DNA of 64,000 bases, from positions 36,334,001 to 36,398,000 of the forward strand of contig CM119372.1 of NCBI GenBank assembly GCA_051294905.1, written 5' to 3'. Below the pieces are notes generated by a model. The model did no database searches and had not been told where the DNA came from. It saw only the letters and a list, made by a program, of their open reading frames with translations. Both the position numbers and the translations under genes were made by a program. Shown piece after piece: positions 48,801 to 61,202 of this stretch (within the stretch, counting starts at the first letter, position 1; every line of letters begins with the position of its first letter). The DNA is from Botryllus schlosseri (lineage: Eukaryota).

Positions 48801-51800
48801 AGTTGCCACTACGATATTGCCATAGCCACCGGTGTGGACATATGCTTTGAAAATTCAGAAGACCAGACGGAGCTAAAGTGCTTTCTTGTGTCTCTCCAGG
48901 CCTTTAATCGTGAAGACAACGTCGCCTTCAAAGGATTGTGAGACACTGTGCGATTGCCTTGTAGTAACAGTTGGTGAAGTTGCGTGGAGTAAGTTTTGTG
49001 GCTCACACTTCTAGATAGTTCTTGAGGTTCCTAACCTTTTTCCTCCACCGCCCCCTTTCAAAACTATTCATGTTCTTTTGATGGTTCTGCTGGAAACGGT
49101 GGGGCAGATTTTGAATTCTGGCCGGGCTTTTCGGTTTTGGTAAATTAGCTAAAAATCTGGTTCTTTCAACACGAGTATGTTGCCACAGCGCTAAGCTGGA
49201 TAATTCTTGAAGTTATGATGAAGAAATATGCTGACAATTTCATTTTGAAACTTTCAAATGCCAGGATATTTGATGCATCGTTTTGACCAGCAAGCTTCAG
49301 AATAGTACGGCACTGAAATAGGCTCTCACTCTGAAGGTGGTAGAGGGCCACTTCCCGAGATTTGGACATACCGTGTGTTGCATGATCATTGATGATTTTG
49401 TGCGAAAACCCTATGACACTAACAAGTAACAACTGTGCAGTATAAAATACGTTGGTAATTGGTATTCTACTACGCCATCCTTCTACCCCCATATTGCCCC
49501 CTAACCAATTCCGACCCTTTGAAAATCAAAATTGCGCCCTGCGACCCTAGTGCCAAGGTCATGAACCACTGAATCAGACTATTTTGAGAAAAATGTCGAT
49601 TGTCTAATTTAATTTGTGAAATGTTTCTCTGCTCTAATTTTAAAAAGCGCTGTTGCATGACCTGTTTATTAGTAACCAAATCGACCAACTTTCAGGATTT
49701 GCGGAATCGTTTTTTGATTTGTCTCGCGAGAATAAATGGGCCGATGTTGAAGAAACTCGCGATGAGGACCACGTTGGTTACGAGGCGATTTCAAAATCTC
49801 CCAAAATAGGTACGCGTGACAACTTTGCTTCCGTGCGATGTGAGAACATGACGTCTTTTGCTTTGGCAGCAATTTCGTTTCACACTGTGTCGAGCGGGCA
49901 GAGAAAGACCACTTTTGCGGTGTGTAAAGGTCACAATCCACCTGAGCAAATCTGGCCTGTAACGAACAAGGTAGGCGGTCACGGCCAGAGCGCAGTAGGC
50001 CACTTGCTCTCTCTTAAAGCAGGGTACTTTTAGGCTTCCACTATTACTTGAACAGTTTTCTGGGCAAATCCACTCACTTATTCCCAGTTGATTTTGAAAA
50101 TTTATTTTGAGGCTTCTTCATAGGTAAAACCACCAGGGTTGTAATGACTCGAGTCATGACTCGACTCAGTCCGACTCGAGTCAGGATTTTTCTGATGACT
50201 CGAATTTATTTTGAGGCTTCTTCATAGGTAAAACCACCAGGGTTGTAATGACTCGAGTCATGACTCGACTCAGTCCGACTCGAGTCAGGATTTTTCTGAT
50301 GACTCGAGTCATTTTCTCGAAATAAGGAAATGACTCGACTTGACTCGACTCAATCTGTGGATTGACTCGACTTGGACTCGAGTCAATGCGCATGACTCGA
50401 ACTAAGTCATATGACTCGAGACTCAGACTGCCAAGTCCGACATTTCATTGTAATTCCGAAGAATAGTAAAGTAACCACCCTATTGGCATTCCGTCTTTTG
50501 GTACTGGTACTTGAAAATGAGACCTGAAACTGCTAATAGTAGGGAAAATTAGTATATTATAAATGCGAACCATTCGATATCACGAAACAGAGTTATAAAA
50601 AGTGGGGTTAACAAGACTTTAACTGGAAACTGAGCAGTCAACACAATGACTTGGACTCAGACTCGAGGCATAATACCATGACCCAGACTCGACCCTCTGC
50701 TTGATGACTTGGACTCGGACTTGACTCGGTGGTGAATTGAAAATGACTTCACTTGACTCGAGTCAAAACTATAAAAGTGAGATTGACTTGTGACTCGAAG
50801 CCTTGTGACTTGGTTACAACCCTGAAAACCACTCCTTTTTTACCATTTGAACACTAAAGGCCGTATCAGACGAGGCGATGTCGGCCGATAATTTCTCTAC
50901 CATCATGTGAGAGATCGTTGCACTTGATTAGTTTCAGAAGGCGTTGACCCGTTGCATTTAAACCTGCACGGGGATGATTGACATTTGCGAATCGGTTTTT
51001 GTTGTTGTACAGGTCAGGTACACTGTGCAACGTACATACTACCGTATTATGATCAGTGATGGGCGGATAGTGATTTCTGAGAATCCGAATCCATCCGACA
51101 GCTCAAAGCTCTGATGAGCAATCCTTCCGAATACGAACAATCTCATCCAAATACCCATGCAAATCCGAAAAATCTTGTCCATAATCCAGAAAATCCGAAC
51201 AGAATAAATATTCCGAAGAATCCCAATTGTGCAGCGGAGCTAGATACATTTAGGGCCTAGAGTTGGCTGGTTTATATTTGCTTGGACCTTTGACAAAACA
51301 ACTTTAGAGTGCTACCAGTCCTATAACAAGGGGTAGACTGACCGTTTTGGTTGTCGAGCTGACGATTTTTTCTTTCGACTTGAAGTCAAAAGTCACGGAT
51401 AATTTTGACCAAAGTTACAACTAGACGAAAATATTCGAAACTAATTCTGCAACATGGTTATGATGTCTGTCCAATGTGTTCATGCTGCAATGTCTTGTCG
51501 AATGAAACCTTCTCTGAACCATGGTAGTATGGTATTTGTAAGGGTAGGTCAAAAAAGTTGAAAGTAGCACGAGTTTTGACTGCCATGATAGCTGTAGAAG
51601 AATGTGCGCGTGCTGGTGCTACTCGAAGGTGGTGGGTGCATCCGATTTTGCAACGCCGGCTTATTCTGGATAAGTGGAGCGGCTCAATAATTTAGTACTA
51701 CATCGCAGTAATTCGTTTTGCAATGCCTCGCCAGAAGGTCCGTCCTCCAAATGGCTTGAGCAAAAGTGACGCTAACCAAGTCTCGACACTGGGTTATATA

Positions 51801-54800
51801 TGGATACGCATGAGCGCATCTCCCACTTCTCTCATCGCCGGCGATGTCGCCGAGTTAATTGACACTGTCAATTAAAATCGGCGGCGATTCGGCCGATGGC
51901 AGCGATGATAAAACAAACACTAACGCTCCGCCGACATCGCCTCGTCTGATACAGCCTTAACAAGTACATTGTGATAAGTTTGCATACCTTTAATGAGTTG
52001 AATTGTCAACACAAATTGTCAATTCTATCCCGCCTCTGTCATGGTGGCTTTGCCGCTGGCATGACCGAATGACCGGGCAACTTCACCATTACCTTTACAG
52101 ATTCTGGGCATTCCCCGAGGCTACAAGGAAGTTTTCGTATTATCGTCATCGCCAGTGCAAGAATACAAATGCGACGACCCCGCCCTACTCGAGGCGCCGT
52201 TTGTGAAGTCGTTGGCTACATCCCCATCTCCGACGGAACACCCCATTTATCCAACGTTGGAACAACCCAACATGTTCAAAAATATTGTCGCTGCAGGTTT
52301 GTGGAGCTAATCACTTTCAAGAGACGCAAAAAAACAAAGATTCCAATTAATTCACTCGCAATGAAGAGGGTAGGATATCAAATGACGGTGATTCTTGTGT
52401 GGTGACACTGGGAGTAAAGTCTGGGCAAAACCGAGTGCATTAGAGTATCACACATTGTGACGTCACACGGGTATGAATAGTGTGGAAAGTTCAAACATAT
52501 ACCAGTTCCACATCACATGAAAGATTTTTCATTATTTTGTGGACCATACTGATTTCATTGCACTTTGTAACCAAGATGTGAGTTTTCAGAACTTCATGAA
52601 GATATGTAATTTTCACTAACGTGCGTAGTAGGGTTGTCCAAAATTTGGAAAATCTCAAGAACGATGGGTATCAATATCTTATTCTATAGATTATCGATAA
52701 AAAACAACAATGAGCCTGAAATAAACTCCCAGGAAAGTCGTTAAGATTTGTCGCAAAGCGTTTGAAAGTAGCTACCGTCGAGTGGGCGTGCGAGCGACCA
52801 TAGATCGGCAACAAGACTAGTAATCACGAAATCACGGCTCTCGATTGGCTAATCGGCTATGCTTGATGATCACGACGGTAGTGGCTTGCTGATCAGTTGT
52901 TAAAGGAGTCTGCTAACGGCGGTGATTCTGTAAGCGTATTGTAGGCTGGTTGGCAGATAATGATTTAAGATTAATTCAGGACATGTTGACTGAGTTACTA
53001 AATACATGATAATGAGCAAACAACAGCTGCTTGAAACAAACTTAAAGCTGGCGTAGCCTACATGTCGGTTTTGGCCAAGGGAAAGCACAGAACATGCGGA
53101 GATCAATTGCAAAGGCGCTTATGCAAGTGGCGAACGAATTCCTTGTTCCAGAAGGGATGCATCATCATTGAATACAAATATAAAGCTTAACAATGACACT
53201 ACTTCGTCTTATTAGATTCCAGTCGTGGTATATAATTGAAGTCTTGAATGCCCTAAGGATTGGCTGATTCAGCCGTATATGCTGGGGACTCTTACAGCAA
53301 AATGAATTCACTCGTAAGTGCTGTCAAGGTCGTCAATGATGCCTGACAAAGAGTTGAAAAGGTATAAGCACAGACTATGCTAGTATGACCATGAAAAAGA
53401 CAATTTTCTTGTATAGCTTATCGTTAGAGAATTGAAGGCATGACAGAGGTTAAACGCCGAGTGATTGTGCACTTATAGAACTAAAAATCCGAGAAATACC
53501 TAGTTACGGTTGCAATTACGTCGGTGCTCCTACTTTTCCGGGCGTGAGTACAGTATAGGCCTACTAGTCATCGCAAACTGGAGCAGCAAACCATATGTGA
53601 GATGGATTCCGCACAAAATCTTATCTGTTCATAAGATGTTATATGGGCCGACCAGATAGCTTATATATTGGAACCCCGAAGAAATGTAACTATCGCACCA
53701 CTTCAATGCATTTTAAGCTCGTTTTATATCCATGTCTGGTTTGATTCCAGCATTTGTAGTGTTGCAGCCGGTAATGATTGAAGATTCATTCAGGTCATAC
53801 TAAGAAATACCAGCAAGCTGTCTTCTGCTGGTCATACTTGCATAGTCGGAGCCTACCTTTACACCTCTTTCTACGGCATCATTGACGACTTTGACAGCTC
53901 TTATGAGTGAATTCATTTTGCTGTAAGAGTTTAATAAGTCGCTAGAATATACGACTGATTCAGCCAATCCTTAGAGCGTTCAAGACCTCAGTTATATAGC
54001 ACGACTGGAGCCCAATAAGATCTGACAAAATAGTGTCATTGTCCAGCTTTATATTTGTATTCAATGATGATGCATCCCTTCTGAAACAAGAAATTCGTTC
54101 GCCACTTGCATAGGCGCCATGGCAATATTTCTTCGCGTGTTGTGTGCTTTCCCGCGGCCAAAACAGACATGTGGGCTACTGCGGTTTCCTTCACAGTAAG
54201 CCATTCATGCTTCAAGTTAATGTATTCAACATGTATTTAATATGTCTTGAATTAATCTTAAATCATCATCTGCCAACCGGCCTACAACGCGCTTAGAGAA
54301 TCACCGTCGTTAGCAGACTCCTTTAACAACTAATCAGCAAGCCAGGACCGTCATTGAAGCATAGCCGATTAGCTAATCGAGAGCCGTGATTTCGTGTTTA
54401 CTAGTCTTGTTGCGGTTCCATGGTCGCTGACACGCCCACTCGTCGGTAGCTACTTTCAAACGCTTTGCGACAAATCTTAACGACTTTCCTGCGAGCTTAT
54501 TCCAGGCTCATTGCTGTTTCTTATCAATAATCTATAGAATGAGACATTGATGCCCATCATTTTTGATATTTTCCAAATTTTGGTCAACCCTAGTGCGTAG
54601 TTTTGGACTACATCGTCTGTATACTGCGATACGATAAATCGGGGTTAACAGCCTTTCACAGTGGAAAATGCTCTCAATACTATAATGTTCAGGGTTGAAA
54701 TGACTCGAGTCAGTCTTAACTCGAGTCATTTTCTCAAAATACAGAAATGACTCGACTCGAGTCAATATGTGTATTGACTCGACTTGGACTCGAGTCATTA

Positions 54801-57800
54801 CGCATGACTCGAACCAAATCATATGACTCGGGACTCAGACAGTCAAGAGGGAGGTTTCATTGTAATTTCGAAGAGTAGTAAACAATGTTCCCTCTAATTT
54901 TTGACGAGTCTGCGCACACTCACCAACTCACTGCGCAGACCCTTGGACAACAGTGCGTAACGACTAAAAAAAAGGTCATCACTTCGGATTTTTTGTGCGC
55001 AACTTATATTTTCTGTACGCAGAGACCGTGTCAGCACTGCGCATTTGCGCACGTGCGCAGCTTAGAGGGAACATTGGTAGTAAAAGTATAACCACCCTAT
55101 TGGGAGTTTGTCTATTGGTACTGGTACTTGAAAATGCGACCAGAAACTATTAAAAGTGAGGAAAATTAGTATATTGTAAATGCGAACCATTCGATATCAC
55201 CAAACAGAGTTATAACAGTGGGTTTAACAAGACTTTATCTGGAAACTGAGCAGTCAACACAATGACTTGGAGTCGGACTCCAGTCATAATACCATGACTC
55301 CGACTCGAACCTCTGCTCCATGACTTGGACTCGGACTTGACTCGGTGGCGAATTGAAAATGACTCGACTTGACTCGAGTCAAAACTAAAAACGTGAGATT
55401 GGCTTCGGCTTGTGACTCGGAGCCTTGTGACTTGGTTACAACCCTGATAATGTTCATACATAATTAACTCACAGTGGCGAGGTGCATATAAATTCAGCAC
55501 ACGGACAACTCGTCCCTATTTAGTTGACTCGAATCATTAGAAATAATACTCGATGTTGATTTGAGAACTTTATTCGTTATGCTCAGCCCTAACAAGAGCG
55601 TCTGCTTGCCGGGGGGGTTAACCTGTTTAAGAACAAGTTGAAATGACGTCGAAGCAATGTGAAGCAGCTCCTTCACGGCTTGTTTCTTTTAATGTGATCG
55701 AGTTCAACTATGTGCAATGGATTTTAATCAGTACCCAATTAGGATTTTTGGTATTTTGATATTGAAGTTCGGATTTCTTCTAATTTTATTGGGTCTTGTC
55801 AGCTACGAACGAAGCTAAATCAGTACCCGATTTGGATTCATGATATGGCTAATTTGAATTTGGAATCTTGGATTTTGAAGGAATTTGAGCCCGCTCGGTG
55901 TAGGTTTTGAATTCCCCTAATTTCAGATTTTCAGTTGGATTTGAAAATCGGGATGTGAATATTCGCCGATATCTGCCTACTTCATCAACGCAAATCAAAA
56001 AATCTGTTGACTGACAACAGGCGCGTAGCCAGAGGGGGGGTTTCGGGGGTCGGAACCCCCGACTTTTGAAACGCGAAACCCCTTCCATTTACGCGAAACC
56101 CCTCTCGGTGCATTTCAATATTTCGTCGGTCGGTAGCACTAGCTAATTTGTAGCACGCCCTTGCGCAATGATATGACCGATACATATGATGGCTTTTTTC
56201 TCGCGTCTTCTCTCGTGTGCACAGTAGACGAGAGAGGGCTTTTTTTCAAGTGCGTGCAAGGGAGACAAGCTCGTTATATCGTATAATGTAATCACAGTCA
56301 CAGTCACAGTGTAGTTACAACTCGTCGCGTCGCTTTTCCGAACGCGCGTAATCAATATTAAGAATATCGGATGTATTGCAGTATTCACCTCACTGGCGAC
56401 GTTTAATTCATAATTGTCGCGTGGTCCGCGATCTCATCAAATCTAGAACTCTATTAGGTCTATGCTGCAGCAATTGGATCGGCAACGCAACTTTGATCTA
56501 CGATTTGACGGCTTGATATCAACAAAGAGCAAAGAAATAGCAACAGGTTATCTGAAGAACACTATTCAAACGGCATTCTTCAATCCACGCTAACATTTTT
56601 TTGCTAAAATCCTTTAACACAGCCAAGCCAGGCTTGCGCGCGGCCGGGCCTATTGCAGATGCGGTTCTTCAAGCCAGTAGAACTAGGCTTGTTAGAGACG
56701 TGATAAATCAGGCTAGGAACGAGTGCACCCAGCACGGCAAAAACTAACGAGAATTGATCTCGCTGAGATGATTGCGAAATCAAGTCATCGATTGGCGCGC
56801 GCTCGGCAATCGTTGCTAGCCTGATTTATCACGTCTCTAACAAGCCTAGTTCTACTGGTTTGAAGAAGCGCATCTGCAATAGGTCCGGTGCGAACTATGC
56901 CATCGCCTGCACAATTGCATCTGCTTTGCCTGTCCCGCACCATATCATCGTTGGCTTACACAACAATCGCATCCGCTAAATTCCTGATACGAAAGATATC
57001 ATCGCTAGCCTAACGATCGCGTCTCAGGCCTAGCATGCTTTGGCTCCTATCTCTCGATGGATTGTATGCGGATTTGCGATTGTGATTAAAGAGTGACATC
57101 GCTAAACTGAATGACATCGAATGTCCACAATCGACCTCAAACATGTACGTGCGTACTGCCGTACATACTTGATTGATTTTCGCTAATACTTGAACATAAC
57201 CATCGGAAGATGTGTGTCAATGCTTGAGTTAGAAAAGATGAGAAGGGTTTGAAATTGAATCACCTGAAATCGGTGCCATTATAGAACAGATTCCATAACA
57301 ACTCGGACATTTTGAATTGTGCAAATCATCGCCGAGGTTACGTAATATGCGTTGATATGCGCGTAATACGCGTTGAGAAAGCTCGCGTATTCAATTGTTC
57401 GCGAGAGATAAGAAACTCGCTAATTAACAGCACTTCCGGACACGTTGGCAAGCTTATCATACGCGTAAGTTTGTCAACGCGAGGCGATTGTATAATCGTC
57501 ATTTACGCATTACTTAACGCTAATGAATTGATGCTATAAAAATCGAAACCCCGCCCTCTTCATTTCAAACCCCTCCCATATTTTTCGGCGGGCTACGCGC
57601 CTGACTGACAATTTCGATGAATCCATAATCATTATATTTTGCCGAGGATGAGATTTTGGAATCCATATACTTTTACAGTTATAAGCCGTTGTCATATTCT
57701 CCGCGTGCCTGCCATAGCGTACGTGTGCTTCACCGAAAACATTCACATCGATCCAGCCTCAGTACTGTCTTTGAATCAACTCCTGAATACGACACAATTC

Positions 57801-59433
57801 AGGACCGCAAAGGTATGCATGCGCTAGACATTGAACCACGTTTGTTCTCAATTTATTTAGTCTATATCTCAGTGTGGAGATCGGGTGGTATTAGTATTGA
57901 AAATATCCGTTGAGGCTTGAGGGCAATGCCGTAGGTAAGAATGGTATTGCTGCCTCAGAAATTGGACTTCACTTTACCACCAACTCAAACATTATCAAAA
58001 TACCTACTCCGTCTCAGGAAACTTCAAAGCACCTGGCGAACCATCTGCACGCTTTCCGCGAGCCCTAGGGTTACGATATTCTAGGACACGGGAAGAAGGA
58101 CACTTTACAAATCACCAAAGTTTGAGTACCGTACCAGAAAACTGCTGATTCTAAAAAAATGTACGGGAAATCTTCTAGTGTTGACTAAAAAAAGGTCATT
58201 TTTACATTTTGGACCCACACCCACTGTATAATAATACTGCAGGGGTGCTGACCCGCTCGAACATCCATGTTTCAGATTCCGAGTCATTTATGGCATTTTC
58301 CAATTGTGCCCAACCTGCCTGACATTTTGGCCTCCCCGGAGGACATTTTCGATTTCCTGAAAATGGAAGACAAATCGTCCGAAAGGAGGACATATGGTAA
58401 CCTTAGCAAACCCCAAAATTTCGCCTAGTCACGAAAACAAAAATCTGCGGCATTAAACATTTGATACTCCATATGGAATACTGCCATTAACTGTACATCA
58501 ACAAAAGTACGAATTTCACCCAAACAGAAGGATCATCTATAATGAATTTTTACTACAAATCAGTGCGACTTCTGCTGTATGAGTCGAATGCGTCTGTTTG
58601 CCTCCAGAAAGCCCCCAAGACCGGCTCAGCATACCCCTGAGACTCAAGACTCAAGAACCGTTGATTTAAACACACCTACTTCAGCTCCGAATCCTTATGT
58701 CTTGTTCACAGAACCCCAAAATTCCCGTAAATCTACTCAGAAAATCATAAGTTTGCTGCCTTTCCCATCAAGCACTAGGTTTAGTTTGTGACGGTTCACC
58801 TGCATGGGGTAAATTCCTTCACTGGAAAGGCACTTTCTGGGAGCGATTGAGACCGTTTGGTTTGAAGCAGTCCGCGTCAGATCGTATTAACAAACTGCTA
58901 TCCCAGCAAGTATGTATTTCCCCTACTCTGACGCCGACTCCTAATTTGGCTGCAAAATTTCTGTGAGCTCCACTCTGACAAGAGAAAATTGAACAAAACG
59001 CCGACTACCGCTCCACAGCAGACTTGGACAACTAGAAAATTGTCAGCTTTCCGAAATTAGATAAGAATTAGAATTTAGAGCTACAAAATTTTTCCAAATT
59101 AGATTAGAATTAGAAATACTGAATTCGCCAAAACTTGGACATTGATTCCAGTTCCGTTAGTATTAACCGGCTGGTACCGGCGTGTTTTTCCGAAAAATTT
59201 TGCTTCACTCTTCAAAACTGTAAAACTCGACCTCAATGGGATGCGAAATGTCTGGCATTTCGCTCTAATAATTTGACAATTAAAATTATCTAGTTGTCCA
59301 AGTCTGCTCCACACTACTGGTGTCTATGCCACGACCGTTATTATTTTGATTGCAGGATGTGGGTCTCGCTTCCAAAGACATTGTGCGTCTCGTCGCAAAT
59401 TCACATGCAAAACACGGCAGCCTGTACACGTGA
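45884..59433 (+). CDS. PSMG1: Proteasome assembly chaperone 1 (PAC1), 265 aa, 7 coding exons
   Basis: Exons 45884-45969, 48900-48988, 49696-49809, 49870-49970, 52101-52296, 57679-57812 and 59356-59433. All introns are GT-AG with compatible phases, 798 nt in total. Translation MASYYGEILPVISRSADDEEDDE..LCDCLVVTVGEVAWRFAESF..FAVCKGHNPPEQIWPVTNK..PFVKSLAT..PTLEQPNMFKNIVAAVISRCHILRVPAIAYVCFTE..HGSLYT* shows the PAC1 N-terminus, the LEQPN motif and a C-terminal HbYX motif. Confidence 0.92.
46172..47029. mobile_element. hAT-type element (GTCAAAA subterminal repeats) in PSMG1 intron 1
   Basis: Termini TAGGGCG(G)TTTT / AAAACGCCCTA, perfect TSD GTGATGAC, remnant CQPTTAAVER at ~46592-46621. Confidence 0.85.
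47349..47914. mobile_element. Charlie-type hAT MITE
   Basis: TIRs CAGGGGTGGGCA / TGCCCGCCCCTG, degenerate TSD GTATAGAT/ATAAAGAT. Confidence 0.7.
48422..48615. mobile_element. Penelope-like inverted element (copy E) in PSMG1 intron 1
   Basis: Arms plus the tail TTCTGTACCTCCAAGAAG, flanking AGACCTTTCATTTT / AGACCTTACATTTT duplication, mutated core CTGGCAA. Confidence 0.7.
50238..50824. mobile_element. hAT MITE with GACTCGAGTC repeats (copy 2), with a 104-bp tandem duplication of its left junction
   Basis: TIRs CAGGGTTGTAA / TTACAACCCTG, perfect TSD AAAACCAC. 50099-50202 is repeated at 50203-50306. Confidence 0.9.
50858..51957 (+). mobile_element. PIF/Harbinger non-autonomous derivative
   Basis: TIRs AGGCCGTATCAGACGAGGCGATGTCGG / CCGACATCGCCTCGTCTGATACAGCCT, 3-bp TAA TSD. 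51621-51659 encodes TRRWWVHPILQRR, the Harbinger transposase N-terminal motif. Confidence 0.88.
52629..54592. mobile_element. ~2-kb foldback DNA transposon with ~770-bp inverted arms (hAT-like ends)
   Basis: Termini TAGGGTTG / CAACCCTA, perfect 8-bp TSD GTGCGTAG (52621-52628, 54593-54600). 52629-~53400 is the imperfect reverse complement of ~53817-54592. Confidence 0.9.
54690..55446. mobile_element. hAT MITE with GACTCGAGTC repeats (copy 3), with a nested MITE at 54883-55076
   Basis: Outer TSD ATAATGTT. Inner TIRs CAATGTTCCCTCTAA / TTAGAGGGAACATTG with TSD GTAGTAAA. Confidence 0.9.
56018..57603. mobile_element. hAT-type non-autonomous element containing an internal hairpin at 56644-56888
   Basis: TIRs CAGGCGCGTAGCC / GGCTACGCGCCTG, perfect TSD ACTGACAA, inner ~85-bp near-perfect inverted arms. 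Confidence 0.85.
59019..59306. mobile_element. hAT-type MITE just upstream of the last PSMG1 exon
   Basis: TIRs CAGACTTGGACAACTAGA / TCTAGTTGTCCAAGTCTG, TSD CTCCACAG/CTCCACAC. Confidence 0.8.
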
Positions 59434-59805
59434 CGCGGGGTTCAGCAATTTTCCGCACACTGGGAGAAGCTCGATGCTGAGGACCTGGCGGTCTTTGCGT
59501 CGATGACGTACTGTTGATTATATTGTTATTTGTAATAACCTGAGTGCAAAAGCGAATCAACTGCTATGCGGCGAATCCAGAAAATTGTGTTTCACGACAT
59601 TCCTGCACGTTAAGTTGAAGGATATTATCGCCGGTATGTGCTTGTCAACCTTTTCAGCTTCCGGACCAGTGAATTTAAAATGTGATTGCGATAAAATTAT
59701 GTAGCCTGAGTGAGAACAAAGTACTATATGTTGAAAAGTCGTTAATCAGTTTATAATTTGGCGTTCTGTTTCTCTAATTATTAGACACGCTTTCAACCTG
59801 TAACA

Positions 59806-60561
59806 CAGTGGTTCTCAGCTGGGGGTCCGTGAGGCATTTTCAGGGGGTCCGCGAAGCCTCTAAATTTGTAAAATGATTGACAACCTAATTTTTATTTTAT
59901 TTTTTAATTAGGAAAAGCATGGGCCTGTTTCGCTTCATAATAGCTAAAACTGTGGGACTCGCATCATGGAAATGGTTGTCTGAGATGAAATATCCGACTG
60001 TGCAAACTCATTTTAATCGTCAAATGGCCAATAGCCTGCTGATGCAAACATGCTGTTTAGAGATGTTTTATAGGGGTTTGTGGAAAAATGAAATGTTGGA
60101 GATAGCAAGGTCAAACTGGCAAACATTTCTGATTTGGAGTTGTCAGTCTCAGCAAATTAGTAACCAGTCATTTAAAATAGAAATTCCTAAATTTTTTTCC
60201 GAAACTGTCCCAATAAAGGAATTGAAGCCTCGCCACGATATCCATTTTCTCTTGTGATATACCCACTACGACGGATTTTCGGCACTCATTCATATCAAAT
60301 CGAAGACGCGGATTTTCAAGACAATAATTACACCTTGAAAATTCCCTCTGAAGTAATAAAGGTCTACCCAATTTCTACATATAGTGTGCTGTCATTTTCA
60401 AGAAAAGTCATTTTGTGGCTGTTTATCACTAGTCTACATTTACTATTTGCACAAGACAGTTGACGGTTACGTGATAGTGGAGCTAATTTTGAACGAAAAC
60501 TTGACGGGGTCCGTGACGGTCCAAAAGGGGTCCGCAAAGATAAAACGATTGAGAACCACCG
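59806..60561 (+). mobile_element. Charlie/Buster-type hAT derivative (CGGACCCC family, copy 3, opposite orientation)
   Basis: Reverse-complement similarity to 25386-26261 and 43034-44016, TSD CTGTAACA/CTTTAACA. Confidence 0.85.
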
Positions 60562-60687
60562 CTTTAACATTTTGCAACTAGAAATATATCATGTAGAACT
60601 GCCGAAAGTTGAAAGTTCATGAACTGGCTGTTGACAACAAACTGCTCTAGGTAGTCAGAGATCAATTTTGTAATTCAGTAAGGGACA

Positions 60688-60990
60688 GGAGGTTCCATAC
60701 TATTACCGAGAATGCTACTACCGAGAATGGACAATTGGACATTGCTGAGAAAATCCATTACCGAGAATGGCCAAGAATCTAGCTTAATGTAACGGACGTT
60801 GTCGAGAAATTTATACCGGAGAATCGATACCGAATGTGGCAACGCCGTGATGCACACACACGAGCTGTGCATATGCATAACATACCTGCATTGCATGTGC
60901 GGTAATGTCCATTCTCGGTGGTGTTCAACTGTCCATTCTCGGTATTGTCCTTCTCGGTAATAGCATTCTCGGTATTGACCGGACACCGGA
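60688..60990. repeat. Small inverted element built of ACCGAGAATG motifs
   Basis: ACCGAGAATG is repeated in the left half and CATTCTCGGT in the right half. Superfamily not assignable. Confidence 0.6.
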
Positions 60991-61202
60991 ATAGGATTTG
61001 CGGTCCATTTTCATTTGTCTTGGTTTTTGTGCTGCTCTTTTGAATAAAAATTTCGAAAATTGCTTTGCAAGTGTCAGTTTTTGTTTGATTGTGACTGGTT
61101 TGCAAGGTGTATCGGTTGTGACTTGAGTCAGGACCAGATGCAGGTGCGTGGTCAGGGGGGGCGGAACCGAAAATGCCGTCATGCAATTTTCTCTTTAATC
61201 GT

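Noticed and set aside
60675..61186. Overlapping minus-strand ORFs with YRE/TEN repeats
   Set aside because: They are products of the ACCGAGAATG repeat element.
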